Assembly (NCBI RefSeq): GCF_001194135.2
Contig: NC_068993.1
Location: 64,740,701 to 64,804,698, forward strand
Direction of reading: 5' to 3'
Length of the DNA: 63,998 nucleotides
From: Octopus bimaculoides
Taxonomy: Eukaryota
In this document: piece by piece, positions 58,606-63,998 of the stretch
Layout: each line of letters starts with the position of its first letter
How positions within the stretch are numbered: position 1 is the stretch's first letter
Notes under the pieces: model-generated
Databases searched by the model: none
Seen by the model: the letters and a program-made list of their open reading frames with translations, nothing else
What the model was told of the DNA's origin: nothing
Position numbers and translations under genes: made by a program

Positions 58606-59635
58606 GGCGTATGTATGTATATGTGTGTGTAAAATTTATATACGAGTGTATGTATACATGTACATATTTAAGAGTATGTGTCTATGTGTTATATGCAAAT
58701 AAATATAGATATATACATATAAGCAAACATGCAAATACATTACAAAAATGTCCGTAAATTAGAATAAAAAGCTTGCTCTAAAGAGAACTTGAGCAATGAT
58801 ACTTTATATTGTCGTATATTGCAGATTATAACATACAAAGGGTCAGAAGATTACTGGCGAGTTCACGTTATACACACACACATACACATACACACTTACA
58901 AACATACAAAAATTAAGGAAATCTAGAACTCCGGGGAATAGCTATGAAAACAGCTTAGAAATTTGAGTAAAGGTACCCTCATAAGACAGAAATGGTGACC
59001 AGCAAGCTGCTACAGATAATGGAACTCTATACATCGTTCAATTCTCTGTAGCGGATTGCTCGTCATTTTTTCCCCGTCTTATAAGAGTATTTTTTTTTAT
59101 TTTTACCTGACCTTCTAAGCTATTTTCGAGATTTCCTTAATTCTAATATATACATATTATGAAGTTAAAAGTTATGGCCGGTAATAGAGCGACCATTAGT
59201 TTCACACCTGTAAAGTGCTTAGCAATATAGGCGAGTCGTCAGACTTAAATGCACATAACCTCTTGAACAACAGGAAGAAATACATAACGGTCAGTAGGTT
59301 TTGTAAACGAAAAATAATTGTCCGTGCTGCGGCCCGGATGTGGTCATCCCAATTACATCGGCTCCGACTATGATATTCGAAGGAGCTGTTGGGGAACTAC
59401 TCAGCGAATGGGGTGTTCCGAGTCTGAAGTCGGAAACGTTTTAGAAGAGGGCATTGAGTGAATACCCATTTCCTGGAGGTTAAAAAGGTATCCGGATCGT
59501 GTGTGCATATATATATGCCTATGTGTGTCTGTTATAAACTGAAAACTCAGCTGTTAGTCAGGGTTTCCCATTCAATCATCAAACAGTATTAAAGTGCCGA
59601 ACATAAGTTGACGGTTTTTATACAAAAATGTGTGC

Positions 59636-59690
<55 letters not shown>

Positions 59691-59896
59691 AGACTGAGAC
59701 TGAGACTAAGCAGAATATAAAATAAATATATTAAAACAATATACATCTTTTTATTTCATTTGTCCTTTTAGTACTGTGAAATGTGAATGGCAAATAACGA
59801 CCAAAAAAGCAGATGAACTCGTAAAGCTTGAAGTAGCTTTCTCCTCATTAGATAACTCAACAAACTGTGACGACAACTATATAGCTGTGTACGACG
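13164..59896 (+). CDS. Multi-exon gene (3'-incomplete): signal peptide plus at least 3 tandem CUB domains; secreted or membrane protein of cubilin/tolloid-CUB-like architecture
   Basis: Manual splicing of exons 1-7 (787 nt) gives [262 protein letters not shown]. It has four canonical Cys per CUB and the PxYP, CxW, YDG, WCG and F-x-SD/TD..GF..Y motifs. All introns are GT-AG and phases match. Orthology cannot be assigned without a search. Confidence 0.9.
13647..14068. repeat. Identical 200-bp direct duplication (13647-13846 and 13869-14068) flanking a 10-N gap; likely unmerged contig overlap
   Basis: Base-for-base identical copies, each preceded by (GA)n and separated by N10. Confidence 0.9.
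13980..14180 (-). mobile_element. Dong/R4-clade non-LTR element, restriction-like endonuclease region fragment
   Basis: [52 protein letters not shown] matches the WD..IQTD....NRPDI....C..ID pattern. Confidence 0.8.
16075..16162 (+). CDS. Exon 2: CUB1 N-terminal part ([28 protein letters not shown])
   Basis: Acceptor cctctcttcttcag|GT, donor AG|gtaagg; 88 nt, phase 1 to 2; TPNYP motif. Confidence 0.9.
19610..19880. mobile_element. Two Dong/R4 RT fragments in opposite orientation
   Basis: Plus strand about 19610-19690: [13 protein letters not shown]. Minus strand about 19705-19875: [33 protein letters not shown]. Confidence 0.8.
19914..20038 (+). CDS. Exon 3: CUB1 middle ([41 protein letters not shown])
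   Basis: Acceptor tttatttgcag|C, donor AG|gtaaga; 125 nt, phase 2 to 1; CxW and C..DY motifs. Confidence 0.9.
20285..20335 (+). ncRNA. Hammerhead-ribozyme-like motif of the minimal, Penelope pseudo-LTR type, with a variant core
   Basis: tcttt-t-CTGTGGA-A-GAGC[gtag]GCTC-GAAA-CG-TT-aaaga: stem II 4 bp, palindromic AACGTT stem III, stem I tcttt/aaaga. The core differs from CUGANGA at position 6. Confidence 0.35.
20457..20632 (-). mobile_element. tRNA-derived SINE 5' part
   Basis: Reverse complement reads GGCGCGTGGCTTAGTGGTTAGAGT (A box)...GAGTTCATACGCC (B-box-like)...GTTGTGTCTTTCAGCAAAACATTT. Confidence 0.7.
20690..21030 (-). mobile_element. Tx1/L1-clade LINE 3' end relic
   Basis: Frameshifted SWWMRLKG...[38 protein letters not shown], resembling Tx1-like ORF2 C-termini as I recall them. 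Confidence 0.55.
21500..21900 (-). mobile_element. Highly decayed RTE-like LINE 3' RT region
   Basis: [27 protein letters not shown] weakly resembles the LLYGSETW....RLE.ND motif. Confidence 0.3.
22250..22475. repeat. Imperfect (CAT)n tract with an internal 33-bp tandem duplication (22381-22446)
   Basis: ATAATCGTCATCAAGATCGTCATCATCATCATC occurs twice. Confidence 0.85.
23090..23400 (-). mobile_element. mariner transposase N-terminal (HTH) relic
   Basis: Reverse strand [13 protein letters not shown]...[29 protein letters not shown] resembles W...F..G..S.ED..RSGRP...KVDELIR.DRR.T..EIA. Confidence 0.6.
23440..24223. mobile_element. Candidate solo-LTR-like or TIR element with a duplicated CRE+CCAAT module
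   Basis: Termini TGTGCTG...CAGCACA form an inverted repeat with TG..CA ends; TGACGTCA at 23519 and 23567; CCAAT at 23539 and 23587; AATAAA at 23694. No target-site duplication found. Confidence 0.3.
24459..24608 (+). CDS. Exon 4: CUB1 C-terminal part ([14 protein letters not shown]...[20 protein letters not shown])
   Basis: Acceptor ttattttgcag|GA, donor C|gtaagt; 150 nt, phase 1 to 1. Confidence 0.92.
30480..31990 (-). mobile_element. CR1-group LINE: apurinic endonuclease plus linker, 3'-truncated
   Basis: [64 protein letters not shown], then [16 protein letters not shown] and IGPL. Confidence 0.92.
32005..32900 (+). mobile_element. Dong/R4-clade non-LTR RT fragment
   Basis: [67 protein letters not shown]; frameshifted. 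Confidence 0.9.
33489..33582 (+). CDS. Exon 5: CUB2 N-terminal part ([30 protein letters not shown])
   Basis: Long poly-T tract then tctttcag|CC, donor GG|gtatgt; 94 nt, phase 1 to 2; SPFYP motif. Confidence 0.9.
33930..34370 (-). mobile_element. Two copies of the abundant tRNA-SINE (GGCGAGCTGGCAGAATCGTTAG family), minus strand
   Basis: 33930-34112 and 34200-34370 are reverse complements of the 38816 copy; the second has an internal deletion. Confidence 0.85.
36900..37720 (+). mobile_element. CR1-group LINE 3' RT fragment
   Basis: [68 protein letters not shown]; frameshifted. Confidence 0.88.
38640..39450 (+). mobile_element. Cluster of four same-orientation tRNA-SINE copies
   Basis: Copies at about 38640-38815 (5' truncated), 38816-39028 (full; A box TGGCAGAATCGTTAG, B box GTTCAAATTCC, (ATT)n tail), 39070-39140 and 39215-39440. 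Confidence 0.88.
40375..41290 (-). mobile_element. Decayed RTE-clade LINE: endonuclease and linker
   Basis: [25 protein letters not shown] resembles FYDQL..TI..+P.....+LLGDFNARVG; downstream [14 protein letters not shown]. Confidence 0.65.
43051..43185 (+). repeat. 15-bp minisatellite (ACTACACACACACAT)x9
   Basis: Strict period of 15; one unit (43126-43140) carries a C to T variant. Confidence 0.95.
44443..44540. mobile_element. Isolated mariner terminal fragment, same family as the element at 44981
   Basis: TATGAGGATCGGCTGAAAATTTCATAGGCTGACCAAGA...GGTTTATTTTTCAACAT closely matches 44981-45062. Confidence 0.8.
44981..46505 (-). mobile_element. Near full-length decayed mariner transposon with both TIRs and a nested insertion at about 45500-45845
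   Basis: N-term [41 protein letters not shown] (46320-45850); C-term [36 protein letters not shown] (45483-45055); TIR-like ends TACAGGGGTCGACTGAAAAGCTCATAG and GATGAACTTTTCAGTTCACCCTTA. Confidence 0.88.
46733..46890 (+). mobile_element. Tx1/L1-clade LINE internal fragment (post-RT region)
   Basis: GC-rich island reading [44 protein letters not shown], resembling LF..TF....MDNFQ.SLAWQ as I recall it. Confidence 0.55.
46890..46972 (-). mobile_element. tRNA-SINE head (GGCGTAGG..GTGGTAAG family)
   Basis: Reverse complement GGCGTAGGCGTGACTATGTGGTAAGAAGCTTGCT..GGGTTCG..TTGGGCATGTGCCTTCTACTAT; shares body with the 47780 and 48620 copies. Confidence 0.7.
47780..48090 (+). mobile_element. tRNA-SINE (GAGTGGATTTGGTAGAC family) ending about 50 bp before exon 6
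   Basis: GGTTCTGGGTTCATTCCC B-box region, GTGAGTGGATTTGGTAGACAGAAACTG, CGCTTGACAACCGGTGTTGGTGTGTTTA; homologous to 55605-55885. Confidence 0.85.
48142..48266 (+). CDS. Exon 6: CUB2 middle ([41 protein letters not shown])
   Basis: Acceptor tttttttttacag|A, donor G|gtaagt; 125 nt, phase 2 to 1. Not in the ORF track. Confidence 0.93.
48620..48835. mobile_element. Degenerate pieces of the same SINE family (5' half on +, 3' tail on -)
   Basis: CTTCTACTATAGC..GAGTTGATTTGG..GAAGCCCGTCGTATATAT followed by an inverted tail segment. Confidence 0.65.
48845..49130 (+). mobile_element. RTE-clade LINE 3' end relic
   Basis: HFGHVII...[29 protein letters not shown] resembles FGHV.R....ILQ.....R..GRP...W.DNI. 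Confidence 0.6.
49387..49539 (+). CDS. Exon 7: CUB2 C-terminal part ([50 protein letters not shown])
   Basis: Acceptor ttttttgtctcactcaacag|GT, donor T|gtaagt; 153 nt, phase 1 to 1. Confidence 0.93.
49950..51900 (-). mobile_element. Decayed Penelope-like element (RT to GIY-YIG)
   Basis: [10 protein letters not shown] (degenerate LYRDDGLAI), [42 protein letters not shown]; many stops. Confidence 0.72.
51900..52990 (-). mobile_element. Dong/R4 RT fragment (copy B)
   Basis: [84 protein letters not shown]. Confidence 0.92.
52990..53900 (-). mobile_element. Dong/R4 RT fragment (copy A), abutting copy B
   Basis: [62 protein letters not shown]. Confidence 0.9.
55605..55885 (+). mobile_element. 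tRNA-SINE 3' portion, starting at a 100-N gap
   Basis: AGTGGATTTGGTAGACGGAAACTGAAAGATGCCCGTCG...GGGGTCGATTTGTTCGACTAAAAGGCGATGCTCCAGCATGGCCACAGTC. Confidence 0.88.
56230..56950 (+). mobile_element. mariner transposase catalytic half plus 3' TIR, decayed
   Basis: [60 protein letters not shown] spacing is 29, i.e. a 5-codon deletion from D34D. TIR ..AACTTATGGGATGACCTGATA followed by TA. Confidence 0.93.
57915..58085 (-). mobile_element. tRNA-SINE copy (GGCAGAATC family), degenerate
   Basis: Reverse complement of the 38816-type body: GGATGAAAGGCAAAG..CCGCTAAGCATTT. Confidence 0.75.
59772..59896 (+). CDS. CUB3 middle exon ([41 protein letters not shown])
   Basis: Acceptor catttgtccttttag|T, donor G|gtaagt; 125 nt, phase 2 to 1, same size as exons 3 and 6; CxW and YDG motifs. 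Confidence 0.9.
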
Positions 59897-60195
59897 GTAA
59901 GTTCTCTTGATTTTCCTCAATGAAGTTAAGGTTGTCATGAAGCAGATGTGCTATAACATCAAATCGAATTCCTTTCAATATATATATCTCACCCTTTGGG
60001 CTCTCAGTTCAGGACCTACTTTGCTTTTCAGCCCTCCTTATTAACGAAGTTTTGTTCAGTCGTCTCACGGAATTAATTAAAAGAAAGAAGCAGAAAAAGA
60101 GAGTTTACATTAGTTCGCCACTCTTTACTTTCGCCACTATTCTCTGGAACTCGCAACAATCAATACTAAATAATCTTCTGTTGACTCCAAGCTAA

Positions 60196-60233
<38 letters not shown>

Positions 60234-60565
60234 GTTTATGAATTTGTTTTACAAGATTCCTGATATGAAATCGTGAAAACGTGTGTTGTAACACATATTG
60301 TTATATTTCGGGTCGGTCACTTTTCTCTGGTCTTTATCCTTATCTGTGTAGATAAGGTTACATATCATAGAAAGACAGAATGGACTAAACAGAACAGGAG
60401 GAGACGCGTGGGATGGAAGGTTACAGAATAGGTCATAGGTGTGTGATTAAACATTTCCAAACAATGGTCATAAAATAAGAACAGTAATAAACAAGTGAAG
60501 AACGACTATATAATGCGTATGCTTGTTTGGCAATAAAAATAAAATGACCGTTCCGAAATATAACA

Positions 60566-60597
<32 letters not shown>

Positions 60598-61067
60598 NNN
60601 NNNNNNNNNNNNNNNNNNNNNNNNNNNNNNNNNNNNNNNNNNNNNNNNNNNNNNNNNNNNNNNNNNNNNNNNNNNNNNNNNNNNNNNNNNNNNNNNNNNN
60701 NNNNNNNNNNNNNNNNNNNNNNNNNNNNNNNNNNNNNNNNNNNNNNNNNNNNNNNNNNNNNNNNNNNNNNNNNNNNNNNNNNNNNNNNNNNNNNNNNNNN
60801 NNNNNNNNNNNNNNNNNNNNNNNNNNNNNNNNNNNNNNNNNNNNNNNNNNNNNNNNNNNNNNNNNNNNNNNNNNNNNNNNNNNNNNNNNNNNNNNNNNNN
60901 NNNNNNNNNNNNNNNNNNNNNNNNNNNNNNNNNNNNNNNNNNNNNNNNNNNNNNNNNNNNNNNNNNNNNNNNNNNNNNNNNNNNNNNNNNNNNNNNNNNN
61001 NNNNNNNNNNNNNNNNNNNNNNNNNNNNNNNNNNNNNNNNNNNNNNNNNNNNNNNNNNNNNNNNNNN

Positions 61068-61140
<73 letters not shown>

Positions 61141-61429
61141 GAGAGAGTAAAGTAATTTTATTCCGCACGGGTAGAAATATAGGAAAAATAGAAGTTAAAA
61201 ATATAGAGAATAGTTCAAATATTTTTTATTAATATATTTGAAGCTTCAAACGGTTTCACAGTTTCCACTGATTTTCAAAAAGTTCAAATAGAAAGACGTA
61301 GCTTGTCTCAGCTGTCTTGCTTCTAACCAGTGTTTGAAGTTTGTCCTTGACGAACCGCTAGTTTACCTGGTTGTAAACTCACCGGATGTCAAGCAGCGGT
61401 GGGGTACAAACACAGACACGAAGGTACAC

Positions 61430-61900
61430 ACACTCACACGGGGGAAGTATTTGAGGGCTGATAGGGCGTCGTTGTGAGGATTGACGATGCTGAGTGATTT
61501 CCACGGTGAAATGATGTTTGGTCTATCCAAGTGGAAAGAGAACGCGTTGAAGAAATTTTCGACAAATTTGGTATATTTAATATGTCTAGAGAAAGAAGTG
61601 CTGTTGGTAATTTATCTCTGTACACGTAGATTTCAGTTAGGTAGCTACAAGCAGAGACAACAAAGCCGCCGGGTTAGTCTGCTTAGTGAATTTTGGAGAC
61701 GAAATAGCTTGCGAAGTTAATAGCGGAAGTGGTTTCTGAGCCGAAAGTGATATTCATGCTTAGTGTTGGAGATTTGCTTCTAGTTGTGGCTAATGAAATC
61801 TTACGATATTTTGTTAATCTGTTCGCCAGTCCAGAAATGGCGTTTCAGAAGTTTCAAGAAATTCTTGTGAGTGCCAGGAAAATGTTAATTATTTTAATGA
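61430..61900 (-). mobile_element. Penelope-like RT fragment of a different lineage from 49950-51900
   Basis: FVSKIH*AD*PGGFVVSACSYLTE resembles LPKIHK..PGRPIVSACSCPTE; SIVNPHNDALSALKYF resembles YT.IPH.DGL.AL..F. Confidence 0.7.
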
Positions 61901-63023
61901 ATATAAGCACTTTTATTAACCATAATACACACACATGCGCGCACACACGAGCACACAATGTGTGTGCAAAGTTTATATACAAGTGTGAGAGAGAGAGAGA
62001 GAGAAAGAAAGAAAGCGTGTGTATGTGTGTTTGCGTAATTACATAAAAGAAAAGACACACGCACGAACGTACGGAGAGTGTATAGTTTTTATGGTGCGTT
62101 TCATTTTTGCGTGTTTGCTTTATATTTGTGTAGATTCATTGAACATTTTAGCTTATTAACATTTCTAGATTTACGTAGATAATATACATATGTATATATT
62201 GCATTTATATTGGAGGATATAGGTGCTGATTTTGTTCTATAAGTGTAGATGTTTAAGATGAAGGATAGTTTAATGTGCACGTGTATTTTATGTTTCCATG
62301 AAATGTGAATTTCCATACAGCTGTGAATAGTATGTCAGTAGCAGAACATGCGTGTATATATCATTCTATGTATATATCATTGTTGCGTGTATATGTCATT
62401 CGACGTATACGTCATTGTATGTGTATATATCATGGCTGCGTGTGATTATGCATTGCTCCTCATGACGCAACGGCAAACATTAAGCTGAATGTATCCTCAT
62501 CTTTTTTCAATCCTGACAGCAACTCCAGCTTCTCTTTGTCAGAAAAATGGCAGTGATTTTCATAGAAAGTGCCCAATTTTCCTGCTTTACTGCTTACAAA
62601 TCGTGCAATAGCTCAGCAGACAGGCAATTCAAGTCAAGACAAGAAGAAAGAAAAGATACATAAAATGCCCTTCCTACTAACATTGTTGTAACCCTTTTTC
62701 TTCTTCATCTCCCTTCCTTTCAGCATATTTTGCTATTATTTCTTTTTCTTTCTTCTGCTTCCTCTTCTTTTTTATCCTTTCTTTTCTTTCCTCTAAAACA
62801 TTTTTTAAAGAAATCGAATCCTTACACCAAGTAAAGAAAATATTGATAAATAATCCATAAAAGTCTTTCTAGGTATTATATTTTTAAGACAATAAGCCCG
62901 AAATATATATACCCTTGTTTTCAGAGAGGAAAAGTAACCGCAAATAAGGAAACATAGCAGATAGAAGAAAAATACTATTAGAAAGAGGGGAGGGGAATGA
63001 AGTTTTTAGTGTGTGTGTGTGTG

Positions 63024-63065
<42 letters not shown>

Positions 63066-63629
63066 CACACATACATACATATAAGCAAAAACACGTACAG
63101 ATATATGTATACATACATGCATACATACATACATATACACAAGTACAATTTACTCAATTGGCTTTCTTACCGTTTGCATCTACTCAATTCACTCACAAAC
63201 AAAATATTTCTGTGGCTTCGGTTGATTCGCGTCTATAGAAAACGATATTTGCCCAAGGTATTGAACATATATTCATACATACACCATTAATACAAACAGT
63301 AAATGGAAACGGGAATGAGATGAATTCAGAACAAAAATATATTTGACTGTGTATATTGTTTTTACGAGGGGGTGGCAAAACCGACTGAGCCTTTTTTTTA
63401 TATATTTTTTTTCAAAGTGCAAAAAAATGAACGTAATTCTAGTAAAAAGAAAATAGACATTAAATACTTTTCAAATCCACCGAATATTTTGCAATCCTTT
63501 CTTCTTTATGCCTTACACATAAATTGCTATCATTTTCCCTCTTACATTTTATGTTTTGTGCAATTTCCCACATTCGGAAGCACAGAATCGATAAATGAGC
63601 TTGTCATTCCGCTAACGTCGCTTGACTGA

Positions 63630-63998
63630 GTGTTTGTTTGGTCACACGGATGCGGTAAGTTTACTTCTGCGTATGCGGACGACGTCACTCTCATCGTGTC
63701 TGAGGAAGCACAACTACCTCGAGTAGAAGATGCTCTCCGAAGATACGAAGCGGTGGCAGGAGCAAAAGTTAACAAGGACAAGTCCATCGGTCTGCGCCTC
63801 GGCACCTGGAGGAACAGGCCGTTATCGTCCAGTGTCATTGGACACTGGACAGATGGTCCTGTTAAGTTGCTTGGAGTCTGGTTCGGTTCAGACTCACAGA
63901 CGGAGAAGAATTGGAGCGAGGTAGTAAACAAGGTGGAGGCCATAGTCCGGAAGTGGTCCGGGCGGTCTCTGTCCTTGAAGGGTAGAGCGGAGGTGGTG
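63630..63998 (+). mobile_element. Tx1/L1-clade LINE reverse transcriptase, stop-free to the window end
   Basis: 123 open codons: SAYADDVTLIVSEE..YEAVAGAKVNKDKSIGLRLGTW..VKLLGVWFGSDSQTEKNWSEVVNKV..WSGRSLSLKGRAEVV. Confidence 0.92.

Larger units (their letters stand above)
1219..61067. other. Thirteen assembly gaps: 1219-1228, 6154-6654, 7973-8220, 9591-9640, 11744-12224, 13847-13856, 15694-15734, 18509-18563, 28456-28465, 43551-44044, 55505-55604, 57231-57240, 60598-61067
   Basis: N-runs, most bordered by (AT)n or similar microsatellites. Confidence 0.97.

Noticed and set aside
59325-59445. [16 protein letters not shown].. resembling a CUB start
   Set aside because: No upstream AG acceptor in the right phase and no phase-2 donor.
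62519-62610. Acceptor-like site as a candidate CUB3 last exon
   Set aside because: It lacks the WCG and SD..GF motifs and hits a stop; the true exon is probably beyond the window.
1080-63290. Dozens of ORFs reading [24 protein letters not shown] or containing X runs
   Set aside because: They are translations of dinucleotide microsatellites and N-gaps, with no coding signal.

Overview
AT-rich, microsatellite-saturated animal genomic DNA with 13 N-gaps. The SINE, Dong/R4, RTE, CR1, Tx1, Penelope and mariner content suggests a cephalopod, probably Octopus; this is my inference, not database-checked. The main feature is a spliced + strand gene that the ORF track shows only as scattered fragments. 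It encodes a signal peptide followed by tandem CUB domains. Coding exons I could assemble by hand: 13164-13215, 16075-16162, 19914-20038, 24459-24608, 33489-33582, 48142-48266, 49387-49539 and 59772-59896. All have GT-AG boundaries, and exons 1-7 splice into one stop-free frame of 262 codons. Each CUB is a three-exon cassette bounded by phase-1 introns. The first exon of CUB3 is required by reading phase but is absent from the visible sequence, and the gene runs off the 3' end. The introns are a graveyard of mostly decayed transposons. Other points of interest: a hammerhead-ribozyme-like motif, an LTR-like element with a duplicated CRE+CCAAT module, a near full-length mariner with a nested insert, and a stop-free Tx1-like reverse transcriptase at the right edge. 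Most short ORFs in the track are microsatellite or gap artefacts. I found no convincing novel multi-gene system.
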